A stretch of DNA of 64,000 nt, from assembly GCA_963777975.1 (NCBI GenBank), contig CAVZSO010000009.1, positions 193,049 through 257,048 of the forward strand, written 5' to 3'. The position numbers and the translations under genes were made by a program. Position 1 is the stretch's first letter. Each line of letters starts with the position of its first letter. The DNA is from an uncultured Chloroflexia bacterium (GTDB lineage Bacteria > Chloroflexota > Limnocylindria > Limnocylindrales > CSP1-4). The notes beneath the pieces are model-generated. The model saw only the letters and a list, made by a program, of their open reading frames with translations. It was not told where the DNA came from and did not search any database. Shown one piece after another: positions 10,597 to 20,178 of this stretch.

Positions 10597-11175
10597 CTAG
10601 GGCACGACCGTGATGGTGACGGGCGTCCCGATGGTGTAGCTCTGTCCGTCGCAGCCCTCGCCATCGATGAACGTGGCGACGGCCGTGATCTGCCATTCGC
10701 CCGGCGGCAGGCGTACGTCCGGACCCTGCAGGAACGTGCGGTAGAAGTCCGCGTTCGGGTCGGTGTCGTCGAAGCCACCCGACTTGCCGAGCGGCTCGGA
10801 GATCGGGTCCGCCGGGCCGATGGAACGCATCGTGCAGTCGGCTGTCGATGCCGGCTCGACGTGCCGTCGGCCGCCGACCTCTCGATAGTCGAAACCGATG
10901 AGGCCACCACCGGATCCACCCAGCTCGGCGGTCTGGAGTCCGGTCACGGACAGGATCGCTACGCCGGTGATGGGCTCGTCCGCTCGCCAGGTCGCTTTCG
11001 GCAGCACGATCGTGAGGCGGAATGGCCCTGCCACGGCTGCGGCACCGACGGGCGCGGAACTCGCTTGGGAGGACCCGGTCGTGGTCGGCCCCGGCGTGAT
11101 CATCGGCCCGCAGGCCGCCACGAGCGCCACGAGCGCGATAGCCACGAAGTCGGCAGGGCGTCTCGCTCGATTCAC
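10597..11175 (-). CDS. Hypothetical lipoprotein
   Basis: Basic N-terminus, hydrophobic stretch, lipobox LVAAC, then a beta-rich domain with two Cys. Confidence 0.65.
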   Translation of the reverse strand: MNRARRPADFVAIALVALVAACGPMITPGPTTTGSSQASSAPVGAAAVAGPFRLTIVLPKATWRADEPITGVAILSVTGLQTAELGGSGGGLIGFDYREVGGRRHVEPASTADCTMRSIGPADPISEPLGKSGGFDDTDPNADFYRTFLQGPDVRLPPGEWQITAVATFIDGEGCDGQSYTIGTPVTITVVP

Positions 11176-12056
11176 CCGCCGCCGATCCGGTCTCCGCCGG
11201 CATAGATGTTGAAGCGCTCGCCGCGCAGGAAGCCGACGAGGGTCAGCCCGAACGTATGTGCGACGTGGATCGCGAGGCTCGATGGCGCGGAGACCGCGGC
11301 CATGAGCGGGATGCCGGCGGCGACCGCCTTGTGGGCCAGCTCGAACGAGGCGCGGCCGCTGAGCATCAGGGCACGATCGTGGAGCGGCAGCTCCCCGGCG
11401 AGCAGCGCACGACCGACCAGCTTGTCGACGGCGTTGTGCCGGCCGACGTCCTCTCGCAGGTGCAGGAGCTGGCCCTCGCGGTCGAAGAGGCCGGCGGCGT
11501 GGAGGCCGCCGGTCAGCTCGAACGTCGCCTGGGCGGCGCGCAGGGCCGGCGCCATGCCGGCGATGGCGGCTGGTGCGAATGTCGGACCTGGCGGCAACGT
11601 CGGCAGGTCGTCGCGCAGGGCATCCAGGGCCGCCGCGCCACAGACACCGCAGGCCGACGAGGCCACCAGGTTGCGCTGCCAGCCGACACGGTCATCCTTG
11701 GCTCGCGGCCGGACCAGCCGCAGCTCGACCAGGTTCTCGGCCTCGGGCAAGGCACGGACGGGAAACGAAACCACATCCTCCGGCAGCCCCGACGCGGCGA
11801 CCGCGCCATCTGCCACGTCCTCACGGTCGCGGATGAGTCCCTCGACGAAGAGCAGGCCGAGGACGAGCTCCAGGTCGTGACCAGGCGTGCGCATGACGAC
11901 GGCGAACGGCTCGCCATCGAGGACGACCTGGAGCGGCTCCTCGGCCGCGACGATGTCGTCGTCGGTCAGCCGGCCGTCGGGCGTCCAGCGTTCGATGTGG
12001 ACCGGTCGATGCGGCTCCGGGCCTCGGTCGGTCATGTCGAGCTGGCGCTCGGTCAT
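11172..12056 (-). CDS. fdhD: Formate dehydrogenase accessory sulfurtransferase
   Basis: EEPL, MRTPG, SSACGVCG, TGGLHAA, EDVGRHNAVDK, SGRASFE, SAPSSLA. Start at 12056 or 12035. Confidence 0.93.
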   Translation of the reverse strand: MTERQLDMTDRGPEPHRPVHIERWTPDGRLTDDDIVAAEEPLQVVLDGEPFAVVMRTPGHDLELVLGLLFVEGLIRDREDVADGAVAASGLPEDVVSFPVRALPEAENLVELRLVRPRAKDDRVGWQRNLVASSACGVCGAAALDALRDDLPTLPPGPTFAPAAIAGMAPALRAAQATFELTGGLHAAGLFDREGQLLHLREDVGRHNAVDKLVGRALLAGELPLHDRALMLSGRASFELAHKAVAAGIPLMAAVSAPSSLAIHVAHTFGLTLVGFLRGERFNIYAGGDRIGGG

Positions 12057-12078
12057 CGGGATCGAGGCCAGACGGTGC

Positions 12079-13191
12079 TCAGGCGACGAGCTCGACGCCG
12101 GGCTCGCCCGACTCGACACGCCCGACCCGCCACCAGCTGACCCCCGCCGCACCGAAACCGGCCACGACCGTGGCGACGCGGTCGTTGGGCACCGCGGCCA
12201 GCAACCCGCCTGACGTCTGAGGGTCGAAGGCGAGCACCTCACGAGCCGCGTCGATGCCCGCGTGGATCGCCAGGGTCGGCGCGGCGAAGCGTCGGTTGTG
12301 GGCTGCGCCACCGGTCTCGACGCCGGCCGCCGCCAGTGCCAGTGCACCGTCGAGGGCTGGCAGCTGCCCCGCCTCGATCACGAAGCGTGTCCCAGAGCCC
12401 CGCGCCATCTCCGTCGCGTGGCCGAGCAGCCCGAAGCCGGTCACGTCCGTCGCGGCGCGGACACCGGCCTCCACGAGCACGTCGGCCGCCGCTCGGTTGA
12501 GCCGGCGCATCGAGGCCACGGCCGCGGCCAGATGCTCGGGCGCCGCGCGGTCGTTCCGATCGGCACTGACCAGGATGCCGGTCCCAAGGGGCTTGGTCAG
12601 GAAGAGCGTGTCGCCTGGCCTGGCGCCGCCCTTGCGCAGGATGCGATCTGGATGGACGGCACCGATGACGGCCAGACCGTACTTGGGTTCGGGATCCTTG
12701 ATGGTGTGGCCGCCGGCAAGGACGCCGCCCCCCTCACGCACGGTCGCCGCGGCGCCAGCGAAGATGGCCGTCATCGTCTCGCGCGGCAGCTCCTCGGGAA
12801 AGGCGGCGATGCTCAGCGCGAAGAGGACGCGCCCGCCCATCGCGTAGACGTCGCTCATGGCGTTGGCAGCGGCGATGGCGCCGAAGGTCGCCGGGTCGTC
12901 GACGAGCGGTGGGAAGAAGTCGAGCGTGCCGACGACGGCCAGGTCGTCGCTCAATCGGTAGACGGCGGCGTCGTCGGGTGCGTCAAGGCCGATGAGAAGG
13001 GCCTCTGGGGTCGCCTCGGCGCCATGACCATCCGCGACGCCATAGCCATCCGCGGCGCGGAGTGCCCCGAGGCCAGCGAGCGCCTCGGCCAGCACGTCGG
13101 CGCCCAGCTTGGCGGCGCAGCCACCGCAGCTCGTCTGTTCGGTCAGGGGCAGGCCGGCGCGGTCGGTGGCGTCACTGGTCGACGCGGTCAT
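12079..13191 (-). CDS. selD: Selenide, water dikinase (Cys form)
   Basis: SCGGCAAK, DDAAVY, DFFPP, NAMSDVYAMGG, GGHT, LTKPLGTG, TDVTGFGLLGH, DPQTSGGLL. Confidence 0.96.
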   Translation of the reverse strand: MTASTSDATDRAGLPLTEQTSCGGCAAKLGADVLAEALAGLGALRAADGYGVADGHGAEATPEALLIGLDAPDDAAVYRLSDDLAVVGTLDFFPPLVDDPATFGAIAAANAMSDVYAMGGRVLFALSIAAFPEELPRETMTAIFAGAAATVREGGGVLAGGHTIKDPEPKYGLAVIGAVHPDRILRKGGARPGDTLFLTKPLGTGILVSADRNDRAAPEHLAAAVASMRRLNRAAADVLVEAGVRAATDVTGFGLLGHATEMARGSGTRFVIEAGQLPALDGALALAAAGVETGGAAHNRRFAAPTLAIHAGIDAAREVLAFDPQTSGGLLAAVPNDRVATVVAGFGAAGVSWWRVGRVESGEPGVELVA

Positions 13192-13213
13192 GGTCGGCCG
13201 ATGATACGCGGGC

Positions 13214-13232
13214 TCGGCGGCGCTACCATCGG
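13214..13232 (+). repeat. Direct repeat DR1 copy A (TCGGCGGCGCTACCATCGG); identical copy at 15026-15044
   Basis: 19/19 identity with 15026-15044; contains a TACCAT -10-like hexamer. Confidence 0.75.
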
Positions 13233-13287
13233 GCGGGCTGCCAGCCCCATCGCGGGGCGACCCGGGCGGCACCCAGGAGGAACCACG

Positions 13288-13761
13288 ATGGTCAGCAGCG
13301 ACGCCACCACCCCGGACGCCTACCTTGCATCCTTGCCCCCTGAACGTCGCCAGGCACTGACCGCGCTGCGCAGCGTCATCCTCACCAACCTGCCAGCAGG
13401 CTACGAGGAGGGCATGCAGTACGGGATGATCGGCTACTTCGTGCCCCTCGAGCGCTTCCCCGACACGTACAACGGCCAGCCGCTCGGTCTGGCTGGCATC
13501 GCCAGCCAGAAGCGGTACATGTCGCTCTACCTCAACACGGTCTACGGCGACCCGGAGACGGATCGCTGGTTCCGTGAGCGGTACGCGGCCAGCGGGAAGA
13601 AGCTCGACATGGGCAAGGGGTGTGTGCGCTTCCGCCGGCTCGACGATCTGTCGCTCGATCTGATCGGCGAGACGATCGCACGGGTGCCCGTCGATCAGTA
13701 CGTCGAGCGGTACCGCGCCGTCCGCGGGTCCGCGCGTAAGACACGGGCCAGCGCAAGCTGA
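13288..13761 (+). CDS. DUF1801 (YdhG-like) family protein
   Basis: RBS AGGAGG; MVSSDATTPDAYLASLP...GYEEGMQYGMIGY...ASQKRYMSLY...LDMGKGCVRF. Confidence 0.85.
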   Translation: MVSSDATTPDAYLASLPPERRQALTALRSVILTNLPAGYEEGMQYGMIGYFVPLERFPDTYNGQPLGLAGIASQKRYMSLYLNTVYGDPETDRWFRERYAASGKKLDMGKGCVRFRRLDDLSLDLIGETIARVPVDQYVERYRAVRGSARKTRASAS

Positions 13762-13794
13762 TCCCAGAACGCGGCCGGATCGAGGGCCGTCGGA

Positions 13795-14985
13795 TCAGAC
13801 GTCGATGGGCACGCCAACCAGGACGTTACCCGTAGGTCGCGTCCGAGGCAGCACGCGGTAGGCGATGATCAACGCGCAGCCAGCCAGGAAGGCCGTCCAG
13901 GGCGCAGCCAGGGCGAAGCCGCCGGCCGCCAGGGCCAGGCCGGTCACGATCGGTCCGACGACCGCGCCGAGGTTGAGGGCGCTGCTGTTGAAGGCCAGCA
14001 TCGTGCCGCGGGCGGTCTCCGAGAGCTCGGCCACGATGGTCTGGATGCCGGGCACCCCGAACCACGTCCCGAACGCCCAGACCGCGAAGACGGCCAGCGA
14101 GATCGGCAGCGCAACGGCCGTCACGTTCAGCGACAGCGTGGCGACCATGAAGCAGGACAGCCCGATGAGCACCGCCCGGCGCGGCCCGACACGCGCGATG
14201 AACCGGCCCGACAGTCGCGTCGCGGCGAGCCCGACGACCCCGACCAGGACGTAGACCAGGCCGGCCTGCGCGGCCGGCACGCCGTAGGTCACGTGGATGA
14301 ACTCACCGACATAGATGAACAGCCCGAAGCTGCCCGCGAACCAGACGAAGGTGACCAAGAGCACCTGGAGGGCGCGGCGGTCGGAGAGGACGGTCCGGAT
14401 CGCCGCGCTGTAGGCCGGTGCGTTCGACCGATCCGGCGCCGTCGCCGGCAGCCGGCTGAGCAGCACCAGGGCGACGATCGCGACCAGGGCGATGAACAGG
14501 AACGAAGCCCGCCAGCCAGCCACGATCGCCGCCAGGGCCCCGATGGGCAGGCCGAGCAGGCTGGCCAGCGGGAACATCGCGGACAGGAGCGCGATCATGC
14601 GAGCCCGCCGGTCGCGGTCGGGCAGGTCGCCCGCGGCGGCGAAGGCGGCCGGCATGATGACCGCCGCGCCGACCCCGTTGAGGAGTCGCGCCGCCAGCAG
14701 GAACGGCAGCGACGGGGCGACGACACAGGCACCGGCTGCCACGACGAAGATGCCCAGGCCGAGCATCAGGGCGAAGCGTCGGCCTCGACGGTCCGATATG
14801 GGACCCAACGCGGGGGCCAGCAGAGCCGCTGGGAGGGCATAGGCGCTGGCCAGCAGGCCGACCACGGCGATCGGCGACTGGAGGTCGTCGGCGACCGCCG
14901 GCAGCAGAGCCGCCACGATGTAGGTGTCGACGCCGACCGCGAAGACCGCCAGGACGAGAGCGAGCGTGACCGCCATAGGGCCCAT
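13795..14985 (-). CDS. MFS transporter (DHA1-like)
   Basis: About 12 hydrophobic segments; GPISDRRGRR motif A. Confidence 0.9.
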   Translation of the reverse strand: MGPMAVTLALVLAVFAVGVDTYIVAALLPAVADDLQSPIAVVGLLASAYALPAALLAPALGPISDRRGRRFALMLGLGIFVVAAGACVVAPSLPFLLAARLLNGVGAAVIMPAAFAAAGDLPDRDRRARMIALLSAMFPLASLLGLPIGALAAIVAGWRASFLFIALVAIVALVLLSRLPATAPDRSNAPAYSAAIRTVLSDRRALQVLLVTFVWFAGSFGLFIYVGEFIHVTYGVPAAQAGLVYVLVGVVGLAATRLSGRFIARVGPRRAVLIGLSCFMVATLSLNVTAVALPISLAVFAVWAFGTWFGVPGIQTIVAELSETARGTMLAFNSSALNLGAVVGPIVTGLALAAGGFALAAPWTAFLAGCALIIAYRVLPRTRPTGNVLVGVPIDV

Positions 14986-15025
14986 TCTGGACCGGCTGGC
15001 CGAGGACGATCAGCCGCCCCGTACT

Positions 15026-15044
15026 TCGGCGGCGCTACCATCGG
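15026..15044 (+). repeat. Direct repeat DR1 copy B, containing the probable selC -10 (TACCAT)
   Basis: Identical to 13214-13232; TACCAT lies 6 nt upstream of the tRNA 5' end. Confidence 0.75.
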
Positions 15045-15047
15045 CGC

Positions 15048-15144
15048 GGGAGCGGAGGGGTCCCGGTGGGTCCCCTGGTCTTCAAAACCAGTGGCGTCGC
15101 GCTCGGCGCGGCGCGGTGGGTTCGACTCCCATGCGCTCCCGCCA
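15048..15144 (+). tRNA. selC: tRNA-Sec (anticodon TCA)
   Basis: GGGAGCG/CGCTCCC acceptor stem, CTGGT-CTTCAAA-ACCAG anticodon arm (TCA at 15082-15084), long variable arm, GGTTCGACTCC T-arm, encoded GCCA end; lies between selD and selA. Confidence 0.95.
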
Positions 15145-15157
15145 GCCGTCGACCGGT

Positions 15158-15181
15158 CTCGGTGTAACGTGCCGGCATGGC
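15158..15181 (+). repeat. Direct repeat DR2 copy A (CTCGGTGTAACGTSCCSGCATGGC); copy B at 16376-16399
   Basis: 22/24 identity; each copy contains TAACGT followed 6 nt later by the ATG of the downstream gene. Confidence 0.8.
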
Positions 15182-16385
15182 GACCCTCGATCAGCAGAAG
15201 CGCGCAACGATGCCGGATCGTGCCTTCGCGTACGTCGACTCGAAAGGTCGTCGTCGGTTGCCGATCAACGACGAGTCGCACGTCCGCAACGCGCTGGCCC
15301 GGTTCAACCAGACGCGTTTCGAGGACGAGGCTGCGCGCGATCGGGCGCGGAAACGGCTCCTCGCAGCGGCCAAGCGATACGGCATCGTGCCGGTCGGGTT
15401 CTTCGCCGGCCAGCTGCGCGTGCAGGGTAGCCAGGCGTCTGCGGGGCGCCTGGTGCTGGAGCTCGGACGGGTTGCAAACCTCGCAGACCTCCAGCAACGC
15501 CTTCGCTCGGAGCTGCGTGATCCGAGCCTGGAGGCGTTCGAATGGTCAGGCGCTATCGGCGGCTACATCGGCGCCGACGACCGAGCCGCCGTCATGCCCG
15601 CCGCTGGGACGGGTCGGGCGGTGACCCTCATCGACCGACGCGGGCGGCCGATGACCGCGCTGGCCCACGAACCATCCACGCTGGCCGACCCGGAGCTTCG
15701 GAAGGCCGTCACTTCGGCGATCCGGCTCGCGGTCGAGAACCGCCAGCTGCAGGCGACCGTCGATGCCGACGCTCGCGACGCTCGGACCCTGCCGACCGGA
15801 CCGGTGACCTTCCTGATGAGCGACATCGAGGACTCGACCGGCCTCCTGCATCGACTGGGTGAGGGCTACGCCCGACTGCTGGCCGAGGTGCGGGGTGTCC
15901 AACGAACGGCTGTGCGCCAGGCACGCGGCCGGGAGATCGACGCGCGTGCCGACGAGTACTTCGCCGTCTTCCCGCAGCCAGCCGACGCCGTCGCCGGCGC
16001 GATCGCCATCCAGCGCCGGATCCAGGCACGAACCTGGCCTGATGCTGTCGACGTCCGATTGCGGATCGGGCTCCACCACGGGCGGCCGAGTCTGACCGAC
16101 ACGGGATACGTCGGCATCGCCGTTCACACGACCGCGCGCGTTTGCGCGGCCGGACATGGCGGCCAGATCCTGGTCACGCGAGCGGCGCACGAGGCGATCA
16201 CCGCTGACGCCGGGGTCCCGCCTCGACCGCGCCTACGCTATCGGTCGCTTGGCACCTTCCAGCTCCGAGGCCTCCGTCGCGCCGAGGAGCTCTACCAAGT
16301 CGAGGCGAGCGGTCTGGCTACCGACTTTCCGGACCTTCGCACGATCCCCTCCGGCCGGGCCGATCCGACCGACGGCTCGGTGTAA
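15177..16385 (+). CDS. Class III nucleotide cyclase with N-terminal DUF6582-like domain and degenerate GAF-like linker
   Basis: N-terminus AFAYVDSKGRRRLPINDESHVRNALARFNQ; cyclase motifs TFLMSDIEDST, ADEYF, RLRIGLHHG, YVGIAVHTTARV, GHGGQILVT. Confidence 0.85.
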   Translation: MATLDQQKRATMPDRAFAYVDSKGRRRLPINDESHVRNALARFNQTRFEDEAARDRARKRLLAAAKRYGIVPVGFFAGQLRVQGSQASAGRLVLELGRVANLADLQQRLRSELRDPSLEAFEWSGAIGGYIGADDRAAVMPAAGTGRAVTLIDRRGRPMTALAHEPSTLADPELRKAVTSAIRLAVENRQLQATVDADARDARTLPTGPVTFLMSDIEDSTGLLHRLGEGYARLLAEVRGVQRTAVRQARGREIDARADEYFAVFPQPADAVAGAIAIQRRIQARTWPDAVDVRLRIGLHHGRPSLTDTGYVGIAVHTTARVCAAGHGGQILVTRAAHEAITADAGVPPRPRLRYRSLGTFQLRGLRRAEELYQVEASGLATDFPDLRTIPSGRADPTDGSV

Positions 16386-16399
16386 CGTCCCCGCATGGC
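16376..16399 (+). repeat. Direct repeat DR2 copy B; contains the cyclase stop (TAA) and the selA start
   Basis: CTCGGTGTAACGTCCCCGCATGGC versus copy A CTCGGTGTAACGTGCCGGCATGGC. Confidence 0.8.
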
Positions 16400-17837
16400 C
16401 GCCCAGACGTCTCCGCATCCACCGAGCATCGAACGTGTCCTTGCCGCCGCAGGGTCGCGGATCGGTGATCGCGACCACGGCGCGGTGGTGACCGCTGCGC
16501 GGGAGGTCGTCGCCGAGGAGCGACTCCGCCTGAGCGCGGGCGACGAAGCGACATCCGTGGGGGCTCTAGCGGACATGCTTCTGTCACGGCTCGAGGCATC
16601 GTCCGCCCCGGATCTGGTGCCGGTCGTGAATGCGACCGGCGTGATCCTGCACACCAACCTCGGACGCGCGCCGTGGCCCGAGGCAGCCATCCGGGCAGCC
16701 GAATCAGCCGCGCAGGGCGCGTCGCTCTTGGAGATGGATCTGGCCACGGGCCAGCGAGGCGCGAGGTTCCGTGCGGCGGAGGCGCACCTCATCGCGCTGA
16801 CGGGCGCCGAGGATGCGCTGGTCACCAACAACAACGCCGCCGCGGTCGCGCTGGCGCTCGCCGCGGCCGTGGCGATGCAGAGCCGGACTGGGTCATCCGC
16901 TGGCGGTCGCCGCCGGAAGGGCGTCGCAGTCGCTCGCGGCGAGCTGGTCGAGATCGGCGGCGGTGTGCGCATCCCGGACGTCATCCGCCGCGCCGGGCTG
17001 CGGCTGGTCGAGGTGGGTACGACGAACCGCACCCGAGTCGGCGACTATGCGGAGGCACTCGAGTCCGGGGCCGCGGTCGCCATCCTGCGCGTCCATCCAT
17101 CCAACTTCCGGATGGAAGGCTTCGTCGAGGAGGCTGATCCCGCCGCGCTGGCCGCGATGGCCCATGAGCTCGGTGCGCTCGTCGTGGACGACCTTGGCTC
17201 CGGCGCGCTGCTGGACACGGCGGCGTTCGGACTCGCGCACGAGCCGACGCCGATGGAACGCCTGGCGTCGGGTGCGGACCTCGTCTGCTTCAGCGGCGAC
17301 AAGCTGGTCGGTGGTCCTCAGGCGGGGCTGCTGGTCGGTCGGTCGGACCTCATCGCCCGCATCCGAAAGGACCCCCTGGCCCGCGCCATGCGTCCCGACA
17401 AGGTGACGCTGGCCGCGGTTGCGGCGACGCTCGGCCTCTACCGTGCCGGGCTGGCCACGACCGAGATCCCGGTCTGGCGCATGATCGCGGCGCCGGAGGA
17501 AGCGCTCAGGCGGCGTGCCGAGATCCTTGCCGGCAAGCTGGCCCGCCTCGGTCATACCCCTGTCGTGATCCCGCTCGAGGCGACCATCGGTGGCGGCTCA
17601 CTGCCCGGCGAGACGCTGCCGTCGTGGGGCCTGGCACTGCCCGGGTCGAAGCCGCAGGAGACGCTCAAGCGCCTGCGTGTGGGCTCGCCAGCAGTCGTCG
17701 CGCGCATCGAGGACGACGCCGTGGTGATGGACCTGCGAACGGTCGAGCCGACCTGGGACGAGACGTTGGCGGGCGCCATCGCCCGCGCGCTCGGCGGGCA
17801 GGGCGCACAGCCGGGGCCGTACCAGGCACCTGCGTGA
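16395..17837 (+). CDS. selA: L-seryl-tRNA(Sec) selenium transferase
   Basis: [63 protein letters not shown]. Confidence 0.97.
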   Translation: MAAQTSPHPPSIERVLAAAGSRIGDRDHGAVVTAAREVVAEERLRLSAGDEATSVGALADMLLSRLEASSAPDLVPVVNATGVILHTNLGRAPWPEAAIRAAESAAQGASLLEMDLATGQRGARFRAAEAHLIALTGAEDALVTNNNAAAVALALAAAVAMQSRTGSSAGGRRRKGVAVARGELVEIGGGVRIPDVIRRAGLRLVEVGTTNRTRVGDYAEALESGAAVAILRVHPSNFRMEGFVEEADPAALAAMAHELGALVVDDLGSGALLDTAAFGLAHEPTPMERLASGADLVCFSGDKLVGGPQAGLLVGRSDLIARIRKDPLARAMRPDKVTLAAVAATLGLYRAGLATTEIPVWRMIAAPEEALRRRAEILAGKLARLGHTPVVIPLEATIGGGSLPGETLPSWGLALPGSKPQETLKRLRVGSPAVVARIEDDAVVMDLRTVEPTWDETLAGAIARALGGQGAQPGPYQAPA

Positions 17838-19745
17838 CCGTCGTCGTCGGCACCGCCGGCCACATCGACCACGGCAAGACCGCCCTGCTCCGCGCGCTGA
17901 CCGGCATCGACGCCGATCGCCTGCCCGAGGAGCAGCGACGAGGCATGACCATCGACGTCGGCTACGCGCACATGGTCCTGCCGGGTGGCGCGGAGCTGGA
18001 CTTCGTCGACGTGCCGGGCCACGACCGGTTGGTCGGCAACATGCTCGTCGGGGCCGGCGAGATCGATGCTGCGCTGCTCGTCGTGGCCATGGACGACGGT
18101 CCGAAGGCGCAGACCATCGAGCACCTCGGCCTGCTCGACGCGCTGGGCATCAACGACGGCATCGCGGTGCTGACCAAGGTCGATCTCCTGGAGCCGACCG
18201 ACCGACGGCGCACGGGCCGCCTGGATGAGGTGCGTGCCATGCTCGCGACGACCTCCCTGGCCGGGATCCCGATGGTCGCCGTCTCGGCGCTGAGCGGCGA
18301 GGGCATCGACGCCTTGCGTGCGGATCTGGCCGCCCTCGACGAGCGCATCCGGCGGCGGGCGAAGGCACGCGGCGGAGCCAGGCTGGCGATCGATCGAGTC
18401 TTCAGGGCACGCGGCCATGGGGTCGTGGTGACGGGTTCGCTGCGCGGTGGCTCGGTCGGCCGTGGCCAGACGATGCGCGTCGAGCCAGGCGGTCGGACGG
18501 TCCGGATCCGGGAAGCGCAGGTCCACGGATCGATGGTCGAGACGACGCCGGACGCAGGACGCGTGGCGCTCAACCTGACCGGCGTCGAGCGCGAGTCACT
18601 GGCACGCGGCCTGGTCCTCGTGGCAGGCCCGGCGGTCCAGGCCACGTCCCGCCTGCTCGTCGAGCTGCGACCGAGTGCCGGATCGCGGCCGCTGGTCGAC
18701 GGCGCGACCCTCCGTGTCCATCTCGCGACCGCCGAGAGCCTGGCGCGGCTGCGATTGGTCGCCACATCCGATCCGAGTCAGGGCGGCGATACACGCCTGG
18801 GCGCCCTGATCCTGGCGGAGCCGATCGCCGCCGCCCTCGACGACCGGTTCGTCCTGCGCTGGCCCTCCCCCGCCGCCACGGGCGGAGGCGGACGGGTGCT
18901 CGATCCAGCCCCGCCCGCGAGGCTGGTCCGCCGCCGCCTCGACGGCCCGCGCCTGGCTGCCCTCGCCCGCGCCCGTGATCCGGTCGGGCGCTTCGGTGCC
19001 CTGGTCGCGGCCCACCACGTGCTATCGCGCGATCACGCGGACGCGGCGGCGGCCGTCCTCGGCGAGGCAGCCGACGCGCTCGCCGCGAGAGCCGGCGTCG
19101 TCGCGCTCGGCGGCCGCTTCGTCGATCCGTCGATCGTCGCCACCGCCGAAGCCGCGGCGGTCGCCGCCGTGGCCGACGCGCAGGCCGCCGATCCGCTGGC
19201 CACAGGCGTCCCGCTCGTCCTCGCCCGCGCAGCGGCTGCGGCGACCCTCCGGCGGTCGGCGCCGGGGGCCTCGCTGTCCGCAGACGATCGGCGCGGCCAT
19301 CGTCGCCGGGCTCGTCGAGCGCGGGGTCCTCGTGCGCCAAGGTGATCTGATCCGCGCGCCAGGCCATGCACCGACTCGACCGGCGTCGCTGCAAGCTGCC
19401 ATGGACCGCCTGGTGGCGGCGCTCGACGACCCGGCGCCGCCGTCACTGGCGGATGCGGCGCGGTCGGCCGGCTGCCCGCCCGATGGTGTTCGGGCACTCG
19501 AGGGCGAGGGTCGGATCGTGCGCCTCGAGCCGGACCTCGCCTACGCCACCGCCACGTTCGACGCCCTTGCCGCGCAGGCCGTGGATCTGGCACGCCGGGG
19601 GCCACTGTCGCCGGCGGCCTTCCGCGATGCGACCGGTACCAGTCGTCGATACGCGCTCGCGATCCTCGAACAGCTCGACGGCCGCGGCGACCTGCGCCGC
19701 ACACCCGAGGGCCACGTCCTCGGTCCCCGCGCACCTCGGCAGTAG
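17834..19745 (+). CDS. selB: Selenocysteine-specific elongation factor (frameshift at ~19270-19290)
   Basis: [34 protein letters not shown]; C-terminal winged helix [17 protein letters not shown] in a second frame. GTG start overlaps the selA TGA. Confidence 0.92.
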
Positions 19746-19767
19746 CGGCCGGCGAACTCGGGATCCG

Positions 19768-20097
19768 TCAGGCGCCGGGCTTGCGTCCCCTCCGGCGTGC
19801 GCGGCGCTCGGGCGTCATCAGCCCGACCAGGAATCCGTCGCCGTGCTTGGTGACCGCGATGTCGACGCCCTGCTCGTCGGCGACCTTCATCAGCCGCTGG
19901 CGGACGGTCGGCGCCTTGTCCGACTTGTCGAGGCGGACCTCGAAGACGTCCTCCGGGCCGTGGAGGCCCCGGATGAGCCGCGTGAACTGCCGCTGCTGGC
20001 GGAGGCGCTCACGCTGGAGCGGCGTCAGCTCCGGGCGCTTGGCGGCGGCTTTGGGCGTGTCCATGAGCGCGGCGTCGGCCTTGCGGATCTTGACCAT
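19768..20097 (-). CDS. Small basic hypothetical protein with C-terminal RRRGRKP
   Basis: RBS GAGG; 109 aa, K/R-rich, GC-biased coding pattern. Confidence 0.75.
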   Translation of the reverse strand: MVKIRKADAALMDTPKAAAKRPELTPLQRERLRQQRQFTRLIRGLHGPEDVFEVRLDKSDKAPTVRQRLMKVADEQGVDIAVTKHGDGFLVGLMTPERRARRRGRKPGA

Positions 20098-20178
20098 CGG
20101 TGCCTCTTCGGTGCAGGGGGCTCGAACGGGCTGACGATAGGGGCGCGCGTGTCGCCGGGCAAGCGGCGGCTGACCCCG

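Noticed and set aside
12079-13191. SelD, MsrA, DsbA or OsmC as additional selenoproteins
   Set aside because: Their active-site codons are Cys. I found no in-frame UGA with a SECIS other than in the FDH gene.
15048-16399. Classical integrase-mediated genomic island at selC
   Set aside because: There is no integrase and no duplicated tRNA 3' end in the window. The repeats lie outside the tRNA and are reported separately.
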